NCBI GenBank assembly: GCA_963667725.2
Contig: CAXXHO010000005.1
Coordinates: forward strand, 704,001 to 768,000
Origin: Treponemataceae bacterium
GTDB lineage: Bacteria > Spirochaetota > Spirochaetia > Treponematales > Rectinemataceae
Direction of reading: 5' to 3'
DNA length: 64,000 nucleotides
In this document: positions 1 to 10,126 of the stretch, one piece after another
Layout of the letters: every line of letters begins with the position of its first letter
Position numbering within the stretch: position 1 is the stretch's first letter
Position numbers and translations under genes: made by a program
The notes under the pieces: generated by a model
Told to the model about the DNA's origin: nothing
The model's input: the letters and a program-made list of their open reading frames with translations, nothing else
Databases searched by the model: none

Positions 1-1
1 C

Positions 2-808
2 ACGGCTATAGCGCGCCTTCTGCCCCTGAGCTACCAAGAACTCTACTCCACACGCTCCGCCCCAGATCTTTCGACTATGCTCTATACCGGATTCTATCCC
101 CGTATCCATGACAAGAAGCTTGATCCATCTGAGGCGATGTCCTTCTATTTTTCGACCTATGTCGAGCGGGACTTGCGGCAGATTCTTCAGGTGAAAGATT
201 TGGGCAACTTCGAGCGATTCATGCGCCTTCTGGCGGGACGCAATGGCCAGATTCTGAACGCGAGCAGCCTGGCGGGTGAATGCGGCATCAGCCATGGGAC
301 CGTGAGAGGCTGGATCAGCGTCCTTCAGCAAAGTTCTCTGGTATACCTTCTTCAGCCATACTATCGGAACCTTGGCAAGCGTCTGGTGAAGTCGCCGAAG
401 CTGTACTTCCTCGACACCGGATTGCTGTGCTGGCTTCTGAACATTTTCAGTCCCGAGCACCTGAATACCCACCCTTTGCGAGGGGCGATTTTCGAAGCTT
501 ACGTCGTCGCGGAATTCCTCAAGTCACTGTATAACCGCGGGAAGCCGGACACCCTTCTCTACTTCAGGGATCAGAAAGGACATGAGGTGGATCTGCTTTC
601 GGAAACTCAGCCAGAAACCCTTCTGTGTGAAATCAAATCATCCGCTACCTTCCATCCTGATTTTATTGCAGGGATGAACTATGTTGAAACTTTGCTGGCG
701 CAGCCGGCCCAGCCGGTCAAAAAGCGGCTTATCATGGGGTCTTTGGATGAACCTTACTGGTTCAAGGACACCCAGGTACTCAGCTATCCCAATGCGGGCG
801 ACGTGTGA
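2..808 (+). CDS. AAA+ ATPase with C-terminal DUF4143 domain (5'-truncated by window edge)
   Basis: Frame is open from position 2 (TAIARLLPLSYQEL); motifs TYVERD, KSPKLYFLDTGLL, FEAYV, EVDLL..EIKS are typical of AAA_14/DUF4143 proteins. Confidence 0.85.
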   Translation, partial: TAIARLLPLSYQELYSTRSAPDLSTMLYTGFYPRIHDKKLDPSEAMSFYFSTYVERDLRQILQVKDLGNFERFMRLLAGRNGQILNASSLAGECGISHGTVRGWISVLQQSSLVYLLQPYYRNLGKRLVKSPKLYFLDTGLLCWLLNIFSPEHLNTHPLRGAIFEAYVVAEFLKSLYNRGKPDTLLYFRDQKGHEVDLLSETQPETLLCEIKSSATFHPDFIAGMNYVETLLAQPAQPVKKRLIMGSLDEPYWFKDTQVLSYPNAGDV

Positions 809-845
809 AAAGTTAAAAATCGGGGTCAGACCCCGGTCATTAACT
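808..845. repeat. Short palindromic repeat S1 (AAAAGTTAAAAAT-CGGGGTCAGACCCCG-TTAACT)
   Basis: Hairpin AGTTAA..CGGGGTC/GACCCCG..TTAACT; overlaps the stop codons of both convergent genes. Confidence 0.85.
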
Positions 846-1390
846 GTCGAGAAGAGATGTTCTCATCGCTGATTCTTCTAGAAACAACATTTTCAGACAC
901 TCCAAAGTATTCTATGGCGGCATCTGCGATAACTCGCTTGAGATATTCAGCAGATCGCACCGTGATAACCGGATCATGCGTTTTTTGGTATGCAACCCGT
1001 TGCTCATCGAAGAAGCGGCGAAGCTCTAGCGAAGGCACAAGGAGATTGCCCGCAAAATTATTGGCTTGATACTCGAACCATTTATGGGCTTTATCTGATT
1101 TTAAGCGATGGAAATTAATATAGTCGTCGAGATCATTAAATCGTTGTTTAGGATAAAGCTCCGCATGAAGGATGATATGACTTATCTCATGAGCCATGGA
1201 AAAACGAAGGCGATTCACATAACGTTCATCCATGTATTCATACTCATCAACATGCATCGTTCGAAAGTCAAAGGCCTTCGATATCGATAGGAAATATCCT
1301 ACAACGAGCAAAACGAGATCTAAAATGCTCTACTTTGGCTTTTATCTCATCGTCCTCCATGAAGGGAGGGCAAAGATCTTCATTCGCCAT
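826..1390 (-). pseudogene. ImmA/IrrE-family metallopeptidase, frameshifted with an apparent internal deletion
   Basis: RFSMAHEISH (HExxH) and EYQANNFAGNLLVP in 826..1311; the N-terminus MANEDLCPPF...FPIDIEGL* starts at 1390 in another frame. Confidence 0.7.
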
Positions 1391-1751
1391 CAGTGCTTCT
1401 CGAAAGGATCTCGATGATCTTTCTAAAATCCTCTTCTGTAGGCTTTACATTGTCCACCGTTCTTAAGAAAGCGGGGAGCTGGCCTAAAATCACCTCATTC
1501 GTCATGATGAATTTTGGAATACTCCCGGCTGCAACTTCCGCCTTTGCTATGAAGTCCTGAATGGAATTTGGAGGAATTCCCACTACCAAAGCAATTCTTT
1601 CCAATCGATCGTGGTCGGTGGGTGGAGCCATGAGCTCTCTTTCGATCTTGCTCCAATTGCTTGGATCTTCCCCCGTGGCCTTGCAGAATTCCCGCAAGGA
1701 AATACTTTTAGAAATCCTCAAGTCTTTAACTTCATTGCCAAACATCAGCAC
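1380..1751 (-). CDS. XRE-family helix-turn-helix regulator
   Basis: FGNEVKDLRISKSISLREFC...SNWSKIERE; overlaps the ImmA-like gene start. Confidence 0.8.
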   Translation of the reverse strand: MLMFGNEVKDLRISKSISLREFCKATGEDPSNWSKIERELMAPPTDHDRLERIALVVGIPPNSIQDFIAKAEVAAGSIPKFIMTNEVILGQLPAFLRTVDNVKPTEEDFRKIIEILSRSTDGE

Positions 1752-1900
1752 CTCCGTGTGTGGTATTTTTATACCACACTCTTAATTTACTACGTATTGG
1801 TGCTATGTCAACCACAAATCATACTAATTTTACAAAATATATTTCATCAATATTTATCTCAGCGACAACAATCTATACCACTACTTTTTCTTCCTTCAGG

Positions 1901-1940
1901 AAAAGTTAAAAATTAGGGTCAGACCCCCAAATGTGACTTT
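1901..1940. repeat. Short palindromic repeat S2
   Basis: AAAAGTTAAAAATTAGGGTCAGACCCCC...GACTTT. Confidence 0.8.
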
Positions 1941-2323
1941 AGGGAGTCGCAGACTAGGTCTACTTCGGCTATCGTCATCGTGGGATAGAGGGGAAGCGTG
2001 AGTTCGTGTTCGCTGATGTACTGGCTCTTGGGCGTTGGGCCAACCCTGTCCTTGTACGCGGTGAAGCTCTGTATCGAAGGATAGTGGATGGAAGTCTGGA
2101 TGCCATCCTCCTTCATCCGCTCAATGAGCGCGGCCCTATCGATTTCTTTGGAAAGAAGAACCGGCATGATATGGTAGGTAGGAGTTCCTCTATCGTAATG
2201 GCGGAACGGAACGCTCAAGAATTCTTTCATCGCGTCCAGCCTGAAAAAATACCGCGCCACAAGCGCCGCGCGGGCGGCATTCGCCTCTGGCAACTTAGCA
2301 AGCTGCACAAGCCCCAAAGCGGA
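1919..2323 (-). pseudogene. Duplicated 3' fragment of the DegT aminotransferase at 6763..7926
   Basis: Translation nearly identical to the C-terminal ~130 aa of 6763..7926; homology stops at repeat S3. Confidence 0.9.
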
Positions 2324-2365
2324 AAAGTTAAAAATCGGGGTCGGACCTCCATTATTAACTTTTTC
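2322..2365. repeat. Short palindromic repeat S3
   Basis: GAAAAGTTAAAAATCGGGGTCGGACCTCCATTATTAACTTTTTC. Confidence 0.85.
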
Positions 2366-3503
2366 AGGTGTAAGTTCCAGGAAAACGATGTTGAATTTCG
2401 GAATGTAGCTTTTTTAGTTCCTCAACCTTGGACTTTGGACAGATGAGAGTAGCGTCGGCTGTGTGGACGATCACCATCTCGTCGCAACCGAAACAGGCTA
2501 CCAAGTGGTTGGGAACTGTGGAGACGACGAGCGTGTTGTCGCATTCCTTGAAGATGACAGGTACTTCCACGTTGTCGGAAGCAGTGAGCATAGATGTATT
2601 GCCTGATTCATCGGTTTTAGCTAAGGAACCATACGCAGTCCAGGAACCGATATCCTTCCAATCGAGATCGAGGGCGACGCAGGCGATGCTGACATCAGGG
2701 TCTTGGGATGCGGGTTCCATGATACCATAATCGACCGACTTCTTTTTTATGGTTGGGTAGATACTTTCCATGAGCGCTGTGCGAGCGGCTGGATCGGGCT
2801 CGTCCACGATAGTTTTGATCGCGGAAAAAACCTCAGGTTCATAGTGGTTCAGAAGCTCAAGAAAGCGGGACGCCTTCCATACAAACATACCTGAATTCCA
2901 GAGATAGCAATTGCTACCAGCCTTCAGATAAGTTTGCGCGGCGGCCAAATCGGGCTTTTCCTTGAAACGTCGTACGCGCCTAATCCCGTTTTCGGCGAGG
3001 GGTTCGCCTAATTCCAGATAGCCATAAGCAGTCGAAGGAAAGTGAGGTCTGATCCCAAAGGTGAGAAGAAGGTCGGGTTTTTCCTCTACGAGTGCAAAAG
3101 CATGGAAAAGCGATGCACGGAAGGAATCTAGCGGTCGCATCACGTGATCGGAGGTGAGAAAGGCGACGACGGCATTGGGATCGACAGCTCGGGCGAGCGC
3201 GCAGGAGTAGCCTATGGCCGCCAGGGTATCGCGGCCGACAGGCTCGCCGATATAGGTCGAGAGGGAAGGAATGCGCTTCCGCACCGCCGCCTCGTGCCGG
3301 GCGCCACCACAAACCCAGCGACGATTCTCGGGCAGTACGCCCAGGAGCCTGTCGAAGGCTTCCTCGAGGAGACTCCTATCCCCAAGCACGGGAATAAGCT
3401 GTTTGGGCAGCGATTCCCTGGAAAGAGGCCAGAGCCGAATGCCAGAACCTCCGGCGAGAATGACGGCATAGCGATTCGATATTTTATTAACTAACATCAT
3501 CAA
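2364..3503 (-). CDS. manC: Mannose-1-phosphate guanylyltransferase
   Basis: ILAGGSGIRLWPLSR..PKQ, EPVGRDT, FKEKP, WNSGMF, WKDIGSW. Confidence 0.9.
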   Translation of the reverse strand: MMMLVNKISNRYAVILAGGSGIRLWPLSRESLPKQLIPVLGDRSLLEEAFDRLLGVLPENRRWVCGGARHEAAVRKRIPSLSTYIGEPVGRDTLAAIGYSCALARAVDPNAVVAFLTSDHVMRPLDSFRASLFHAFALVEEKPDLLLTFGIRPHFPSTAYGYLELGEPLAENGIRRVRRFKEKPDLAAAQTYLKAGSNCYLWNSGMFVWKASRFLELLNHYEPEVFSAIKTIVDEPDPAARTALMESIYPTIKKKSVDYGIMEPASQDPDVSIACVALDLDWKDIGSWTAYGSLAKTDESGNTSMLTASDNVEVPVIFKECDNTLVVSTVPNHLVACFGCDEMVIVHTADATLICPKSKVEELKKLHSEIQHRFPGTYT

Positions 3504-3559
3504 TTTTTTCTCAGATTACTTCTTAAAAGATTTTCATATAATTTATTCAAAATCATCTC

Positions 3560-4729
3560 TCATTTATATGTATCAAGTAATTGCCTTAGTTCATAGAGAT
3601 TTTCATAAATATCGTATTGGTGATTTCCAACAAATAGCCCGTTCTGGTCTATCCACTCAGCATTCTTAAGTTTACCATGAATGGTATGTGGTAAAAATTT
3701 TATGACTTTTTTCATCGCAAAATTGCCAGCCACAATTGGGCGGCACTCAATTCCATTTTTTATCAGATATTTTGCTAGGTTTTTTCGATCAATGCCAGAA
3801 TTAGGCCGAGAGATAAAAGCGAAACCGAACCAGGAACTTGATCCAATTTCTTTTTGTATTATAAAGCGCTTATCCGTGCCAAATAGCTCAAGGAATGCCT
3901 TTGCATTCTTTCTGCGATACTCCAAGAATAATGGCAACTTCTTAAGTTGCTCATTTCCAATTGCACCCTCAATCTCAAGCGGCCTAACATTATATCCAGG
4001 TAGTACAAAATTCCATGATTCTTCAAAAGGATCGTCGCTTTTTATTCCCGATACTTTATTAAGCTTAGGAAGGTTCCTAGTCCAACCATGAGCTCGAAGG
4101 CAAAGGAGAATTTGATAGAGTTCTTCATCGTCTGTTACAACAAGGCCACCTTCCATGGTTGACATGTGATGGCTGAAGAAAGTGCTAAAAGATCCCATTA
4201 TGCCGAAAGTTCCTGCTTGACGTCCATGATAAATCGCACCAAGCGACTCACAATTATCTTCAATAAGAGCAATGTCTTTATATTTAATAATTTCTTTAAT
4301 TGCATCAAAATCATTAGGATTCCCAAGGAGGTTAACGGCAACAATTAACTTAGTTTTTTCAGAAACTGCACTGCTAAGCGCTTTCAAATCATAATTGAGA
4401 GTTTCCAAATCAATATCAACGAATTTTAGCTTAAGCCCATACTGAGTAAGCGGATAATAAGTTGTAGGCCAAGAAACCGCTGGGACTATCACCTCATCGC
4501 CAGGACAAATTTTATTCTCCATTCTAAAAAAGAGGGAGCCTACCATTATTAAGTTTGCCGATGATCCTGAATTTACCATTACAGCATATTTTGATCCAAC
4601 GAAGCTTGCAAAGTTCCGCTCAAATTGGATAACATTCTCGCCCATTGTGCACATTCCAGAAGCTGCAACCCGGGAGATAGCATCAAGCTCAGCTTGGTCC
4701 CACGATGATGTCGCAAGAGGATATTTCAT
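3560..4729 (-). CDS. colD: GDP-4-keto-6-deoxymannose 3-dehydratase (ColD-like, DegT fold)
   Basis: NSGSSANL, EDNCES; STFFSHHMSTMEGG has His in place of the PLP lysine; adjacent to gmd and an fcl-like gene. Confidence 0.8.
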   Translation of the reverse strand: MKYPLATSSWDQAELDAISRVAASGMCTMGENVIQFERNFASFVGSKYAVMVNSGSSANLIMVGSLFFRMENKICPGDEVIVPAVSWPTTYYPLTQYGLKLKFVDIDLETLNYDLKALSSAVSEKTKLIVAVNLLGNPNDFDAIKEIIKYKDIALIEDNCESLGAIYHGRQAGTFGIMGSFSTFFSHHMSTMEGGLVVTDDEELYQILLCLRAHGWTRNLPKLNKVSGIKSDDPFEESWNFVLPGYNVRPLEIEGAIGNEQLKKLPLFLEYRRKNAKAFLELFGTDKRFIIQKEIGSSSWFGFAFISRPNSGIDRKNLAKYLIKNGIECRPIVAGNFAMKKVIKFLPHTIHGKLKNAEWIDQNGLFVGNHQYDIYENLYELRQLLDTYK

Positions 4730-5649
4730 AATTGTTTCCCCTGTTCCAAGAAATATTGATATGTTAGCTGTAAACCTTTTTCAAGAGAAGTGTGCGCTTT
4801 CCATCCAAAAGTATGTAATGAGGAAATATCAACAAGCTTTTGCTCCATCCCCTCAGGTTTGCTTTTATCGTGTGTAAAACTTCCTGAATAGCCAATGACT
4901 TTTGCAACTGCTTTATAATACTCATCTATACTATAATCGTAACCAAGGCCAGCATTGATAATACTTGGCATAGCGTCGAAATGTTCAATAGCATAGAAGA
5001 CGAAATCCGCAAGGTCACCTGCATACATGAATTCCCTTCTGGCTTTACCAGATCCCCAAATATCGACGGAATCGCGTCCTTCGCATTTTGCATCATGGAG
5101 TTTTCGGATCACAGCAGGGATCATATGTGAGTAGGCAGGATCGAATTTATCCCATTTCCCATAAAGGTTACATGGTATAATCGTTTTATAGGCAATTCCT
5201 GGATGTTCTCGTTCAAGATAGCTGCAAAGCCGTTGAACGGCAATTTTAGCAATTGCATATCCCTCATTAGTTGGTTCAAGCTCTCCTTTTAGGATTAAAT
5301 TTTCCTGTAGAGGATTATGGGCTGTTCGGGGGTACATGCATGAACTCCCCATATTGATTAAGTAAGGTACCATAGTTCTAGCAGCTGCGAGTACAACGTT
5401 CTTTCCAAGCTCAAAATTCTCTACCAGAAAACGAGCTGGCTCTCTGATGTTGGCCTGAATACCTCCTACGATACCAGCACAATGTATAATAACATCAGGA
5501 TTAGTGAGACGTACAAACGATAAAACAGCATCCGTATCCAAGAGATCTAGTTCACTTCTGGCTGGTGCAACAACATCATACGTACCCGTAAGGCGCTCTA
5601 CGACATTATGACCAACTAATCCATTTCCACCTGTAATAAATATACGCAT
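4726..5649 (-). CDS. fcl: GDP-L-fucose synthase / GDP-colitose synthase (Fcl/ColC-like)
   Basis: GGNGLVG, VGGIQAN, GSSCMYP, LEPTNEGYAIAK, WGSGKARREF. Confidence 0.85.
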   Translation of the reverse strand: MRIFITGGNGLVGHNVVERLTGTYDVVAPARSELDLLDTDAVLSFVRLTNPDVIIHCAGIVGGIQANIREPARFLVENFELGKNVVLAAARTMVPYLINMGSSCMYPRTAHNPLQENLILKGELEPTNEGYAIAKIAVQRLCSYLEREHPGIAYKTIIPCNLYGKWDKFDPAYSHMIPAVIRKLHDAKCEGRDSVDIWGSGKARREFMYAGDLADFVFYAIEHFDAMPSIINAGLGYDYSIDEYYKAVAKVIGYSGSFTHDKSKPEGMEQKLVDISSLHTFGWKAHTSLEKGLQLTYQYFLEQGKQL

Positions 5650-5651
5650 GA

Positions 5652-6686
5652 TCAGTCTTCTTTTCCGCCAAAAGTAGTATTTAAAAGATCATATCGAACC
5701 ATCTTCCTACAAAGCTCTTTTACATTTGTAGTTGCTGTCCAGCCAAGCTTTTGTTTTGCTTTACTCGGATCCCCTAACAAAAATTCAACTTCTGAGGGAC
5801 GGAAATAACGAGGGTCGACCTCTACACGAAGCTCACCACTTCTTGCATCATAACCTTTTTCCTCAATACCTGCGCCATGCCATTCTATATTGACCCCAAT
5901 TTCATTGAAGGCGAATTCCACAAACTCACGGACTGAATGAGCCTTCCCTGTAGCAATAACATAATCATCAGGCCTATCTTGTTGCAGCATAAACCACATT
6001 GCCTCTACATATTCCTTTGCATAACCCCAGTCACGTTTTGCATCTAGATTTCCAAGCTTTAATATCTTTAAGCCATTGTTTTTTATTGCAGCAACTGCTT
6101 TAGTTATCTTTTTTGTAACAAAGGTTTCTCCTCGACGTGGTGATTCGTGATTAAATAGAATTCCATTGCATGCAAAAAGATCATATGACTCTCTATAATT
6201 TACTGTTACCCAATAAGAGTAGAGTTTTGCAGCAGCATAGGGCGATTTTGGGTAAAAAGGTGTCTTTTCACTTTGAGGCTGTGTCCCAGGTAGACCACCA
6301 AATAATTCCGAAGTAGAGGCTTGGTAAAACTTTGTTTTAATCCTAAGATCTCGAATTGCATCAAGAAGACGTATAGTGCCAATCCCATCAACCTCAGCAG
6401 TATATTCAGGCACTTCAAAAGATACTGCAACATGAGACTGAGCACCAAGGTTATAAATTTCATCCGGATGAATTTTTTCAACAAGCCTATGAAGATTGCT
6501 TGAATCAGCGAGATCTCCATGATATGTATGGAAATGCGCATTAGAAAAAAGATGGTCGATTCTTTGAGTGGTAAATACTGAAGATCGACGGAGAATACCA
6601 TGGACTTCATAACCTTTGTTAAGTAAAGACTCAGCAAGATAGGATCCATCTTGGCCAGTAATACCAGTTATAAAAGCTGATTTCAT
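5652..6686 (-). CDS. gmd: GDP-mannose 4,6-dehydratase
   Basis: [45 protein letters not shown]. Confidence 0.97.
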   Translation of the reverse strand: MKSAFITGITGQDGSYLAESLLNKGYEVHGILRRSSVFTTQRIDHLFSNAHFHTYHGDLADSSNLHRLVEKIHPDEIYNLGAQSHVAVSFEVPEYTAEVDGIGTIRLLDAIRDLRIKTKFYQASTSELFGGLPGTQPQSEKTPFYPKSPYAAAKLYSYWVTVNYRESYDLFACNGILFNHESPRRGETFVTKKITKAVAAIKNNGLKILKLGNLDAKRDWGYAKEYVEAMWFMLQQDRPDDYVIATGKAHSVREFVEFAFNEIGVNIEWHGAGIEEKGYDARSGELRVEVDPRYFRPSEVEFLLGDPSKAKQKLGWTATTNVKELCRKMVRYDLLNTTFGGKED

Positions 6687-6762
6687 AGTTATACTCCTGC
6701 ACCCGATATAATGAAAATTGTAGCCAACAAAATAACTGAGCCAATATTACCAGTAGACCTTT

Positions 6763-7926
6763 TTAGGGTCCGACAAGCTTAACGTTCTTTTCGAGCGAAT
6801 CGCATACGAGATCCACTTCGGCTATGGTCATGGTGGGATAGAGGGGAAGCGTGAGTTCGTGTTCGCTGATGTACTGGCTCTTGGGCGTCGGACCAACCCT
6901 GTCTTTGTACGCGGTAAAGCTCTGTATCGAAGGATAGTGGATGGAAGTCTGGATGCCATCCTCCTTCATCCGCTCGATGAGCGCGGCCCTATCGATTTCC
7001 TTGGAAAGAAGAACCGGCATGATATGGTAGGTGGGAGTTCCCCTATCGTAATGGCGGAACGGAACGCTCAAGAATTCTTTCATCGCGTCCAGCCTGAAAA
7101 AATACCGTTCCACAAGCGCCGCGCGTGCGGCATTCGCCTCGGGCAACTTAGCAAGCTGCACAAGCCCTAAAGCGGAGCGGACTTCGTCGATACGATAATT
7201 GAACCCTGGCTCCACGACATCGTAGGTAGCCGCGCGGCCTTTCATCCTGTCGAAACTGGCGACCGTCATCCCATGGGAACGCAAATTCTTGCACTTCTGA
7301 AACAACTCAGGATCCCGCGTGGCGACCATACCGCCCTCGCCCACCGCCAGATTCTTGTTGGAGAAGAAACTCCAGGCCGAAATATCGCCAAAGGTACCGA
7401 GCTTCCTGCCCTTATAGGATCCGCCATTCGAATGCGCGCAGTCTTCAATAAGCTTAAGATTATGCTGCTTGCAGATATCGACGATCGCGTCCATGTCGCA
7501 GGCATACCCCGCGTAGTGCACGATCATCACCGCCTTGGTCTTGGGCGTAATCTTAGCCTCGATATCGACAGGATCCATCGCCCAATCCTCGAGCGACGTC
7601 ACATCCCCAATCACCACCTCGCCGCCCGACACCCTCACCGAATTGAGATCGGCGATAAACGTGAGCGAAGGCACGATCACCTCATCCCCAAGCTTCACCC
7701 CACAGGCCAGCACGGCGATATGCAGCGCCGCCGTCCCATTCGAAACCGCCACGCACTTCGAACCCTCGCCGAGTTCCTTTGCATAGGCTTCTTCAAAATC
7801 CAAGGTCCTCTGCCCCATCGTGATCCACCCCGACTTAAGGGTATCCATCACGGCGCTATATTCGCGTTCATCGTAATTTAGCTTAAAAAGCTGTACCTTC
7901 CACTGAATAGTTCCCGCCATAATCAC
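6763..7926 (-). CDS. DegT/DnrJ/EryC1/StrS family aminotransferase
   Basis: SNGTAALH, IEDCAH, SFFSNKNLAVGEGG. Confidence 0.9.
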   Translation of the reverse strand: MIMAGTIQWKVQLFKLNYDEREYSAVMDTLKSGWITMGQRTLDFEEAYAKELGEGSKCVAVSNGTAALHIAVLACGVKLGDEVIVPSLTFIADLNSVRVSGGEVVIGDVTSLEDWAMDPVDIEAKITPKTKAVMIVHYAGYACDMDAIVDICKQHNLKLIEDCAHSNGGSYKGRKLGTFGDISAWSFFSNKNLAVGEGGMVATRDPELFQKCKNLRSHGMTVASFDRMKGRAATYDVVEPGFNYRIDEVRSALGLVQLAKLPEANAARAALVERYFFRLDAMKEFLSVPFRHYDRGTPTYHIMPVLLSKEIDRAALIERMKEDGIQTSIHYPSIQSFTAYKDRVGPTPKSQYISEHELTLPLYPTMTIAEVDLVCDSLEKNVKLVGP

Positions 7927-7931
7927 CTTCC

Positions 7932-9107
7932 TTATCGCCTTGGCAAACGCCCACCGAGCGTCACATCAAAAATGAGATCCCTGTTCTTCTCCACAAATTC
8001 CAACACCCTTTCAGGCTTCTTCGTATCAGTAGGCAGATTAACTACATGAGCGGCGGCAAATACCGCATTCGGATACCGTTCCGGTTCAAAACCCCACTTA
8101 CTCAAATCACCCTCGACAGGATGCAAAGGCGAACGGAACCAATCCCCCAAAGGAATTCGCGCTTCCTCAGCCTTTCGTATAAACCCATCGCGATCATGCA
8201 CCAGGAGAGGATACTTAAGGAACAAATGATCAGGGTGCAACTCAGGAGCCACATGATTAAGCCCCCTTTCAGCCAGATACTCCGTATACAAAGCCCCATT
8301 CGCCTTCCTGAGCGCGTTCACAACAGGTAACTTCTTCAGTGCTCTTACTGCCGCACGCTTTTGTACTCCTGACATACCAAGAAGGTAATCTTTGGGCATC
8401 TCTATCCCTTCAAGCTCCTCTCCTGTAGAAGAACCGGTGACTAAGTTTCTCTTACTCAAGTATCGATAAGCTTTCACAAAAGAGTAATACGTCACAGGGC
8501 TTATAAGCCGTCTCACTCGCATGAGAGTCCATAACATAATCTGCGTTTGTGCTGAAGGTTGTGGTAAGGAGGTACAAAATTCAGCAACTTTAGGCTCAAG
8601 CTCCTTATCGTTCACAAGTGCATAACCCCCAATGCCAGTAGAAAAAGGCTTATTCCATTGACTCGAATAGAAAGCCGCATCGCACCAAGAGCCATTGGGT
8701 CTACTCTTGTAGAATCCACCAAAACCGTGTGTACAGTCTTCAATTGTCTTGATCCCTCTTGTACGACAAAGATCAACAATCTCGTCTACATGCGCCGAAA
8801 GTCCATATGTGTTCTGGCAGAGCACTATCTTTGTTGCAGTATTGATAACAGCTTCTACTTCCTCAGGTTTTACCGAGAAGCATCGAAGATCGATATCAAT
8901 ATATTTCGGCTTAGCACCTAAGTAGTGAATTGCATTCGGTACAACAACACATGTATAGGCCGGTAATATTACTTCATCACCTATTCCGATCTCTAAAGCT
9001 TTCAAAATTGCCCATAAAGCTACACGACCTTTTATAAAAAAGGTAAGATCACCAGAATTTAAAATTATGCTATGTATAGATGAATCTAGAAATTCATTAA
9101 TATTCAT
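7932..9107 (-). CDS. DegT-family PLP-dependent protein
   Basis: VILPAYTCVVV, IEDCTHG, SSQWNKPFSTGIGG. Confidence 0.75.
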   Translation of the reverse strand: MNINEFLDSSIHSIILNSGDLTFFIKGRVALWAILKALEIGIGDEVILPAYTCVVVPNAIHYLGAKPKYIDIDLRCFSVKPEEVEAVINTATKIVLCQNTYGLSAHVDEIVDLCRTRGIKTIEDCTHGFGGFYKSRPNGSWCDAAFYSSQWNKPFSTGIGGYALVNDKELEPKVAEFCTSLPQPSAQTQIMLWTLMRVRRLISPVTYYSFVKAYRYLSKRNLVTGSSTGEELEGIEMPKDYLLGMSGVQKRAAVRALKKLPVVNALRKANGALYTEYLAERGLNHVAPELHPDHLFLKYPLLVHDRDGFIRKAEEARIPLGDWFRSPLHPVEGDLSKWGFEPERYPNAVFAAAHVVNLPTDTKKPERVLEFVEKNRDLIFDVTLGGRLPRR

Positions 9108-9146
9108 GAATAATCCTTCATTATATTTATCGCGAAAATTATTTTA

Positions 9147-9755
9147 TTACCTCAGTAATGTATTAACGATGTACTTTAAATCGATAATCAATGAACAATT
9201 CTTCATATACTCTATATTGAGCTTAACTTTATCAGGGAATATTACTTCATCATTGTATTCTTTAGGATTATCAACATTTGCAAGGATCTCTTCTTCATTT
9301 GCATATTTCACAGTTGCAGGGCCAGTAATTCCGGGTCTTAGCGCCAAGACTTTCTTTCCTTCTCCTTCAAGCTTGTCCCAGTAACCTGGAACATCCGGCC
9401 TTGGGCCAACAAAACTCATCGTTCCAGCAAATATATTAAACAATTGAGGAAGCTCATCAAGTTTCCATAAACGAAGAATTTTTCCAGCTTTTGTTACCCG
9501 GATATCCCCTGCAACAGTGATTGTTGATATGTTTTTATGATTACTATACATGGTTCTGAATTTGTTGACTCTGAATTTACATCCCCCTTGCCCAATTCTT
9601 ATTTGTCTATAAAGCACTGGACCAGGCGAGCTAAACTTTACAAATATAGCAATAATAGTCAAAGGGATGAATAGAAAAGCTATTCCAAGTGATGAGATCA
9701 ATATATCGAAAGCTCTTTTACCATATTTAAAATAAATATCATCTTTAAATTCCAT
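9147..9755 (-). CDS. Sugar transferase (priming phosphoglycosyltransferase)
   Basis: KRAFDI, KFRTM, KLDELPQLFNI..GTMSFVGPRP, PGITG. Confidence 0.92.
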   Translation of the reverse strand: MEFKDDIYFKYGKRAFDILISSLGIAFLFIPLTIIAIFVKFSSPGPVLYRQIRIGQGGCKFRVNKFRTMYSNHKNISTITVAGDIRVTKAGKILRLWKLDELPQLFNIFAGTMSFVGPRPDVPGYWDKLEGEGKKVLALRPGITGPATVKYANEEEILANVDNPKEYNDEVIFPDKVKLNIEYMKNCSLIIDLKYIVNTLLR

Positions 9756-9823
9756 TAATTTTATTCCTTGAGCAAATCATTACTATGATAATTAAAAAGA
9801 CATCATAAGATGATAACCTTGCC

Positions 9824-10036
9824 TAGTACCCTGTAACATGTATATCTTTCCAGTCAGAATTGCGGATAGACGTTTCAGCTTCGTCCTTGCGTCATGTGTT
9901 GTGAATTGCCAGTTAACGCCGAGTTGGTTTTTGTATCGAATTACATACCAACCCGAGAGTTCACCATTCAGGTTATGGAGACAATCGATATTCCTTTTTG
10001 ACAAACACTACTGACCAAGTGCAGAAAGCGCAATTC
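9824..10036 (-). mobile_element. IS630-family 3' remnant with right terminal repeat
   Basis: WQFTTHDARTKLKRL and the end TA-GTACCCTGTAACAT match the IS630 at 26470..27723. Confidence 0.85.
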
Positions 10037-10126
10037 CCAACCGCTAAGAATCTGTCTACAACTATTTCATTATATTAGTTGCTTTTATTTTGCTCTTTTT
10101 ATAATTTTTTCGAGCATCCAGGGGCT

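Noticed and set aside
1941..7176. Diversity-generating retroelement template/variable repeat pair
   Set aside because: Differences between the two DegT copies are mostly synonymous and not adenine-specific, and there is no reverse transcriptase.
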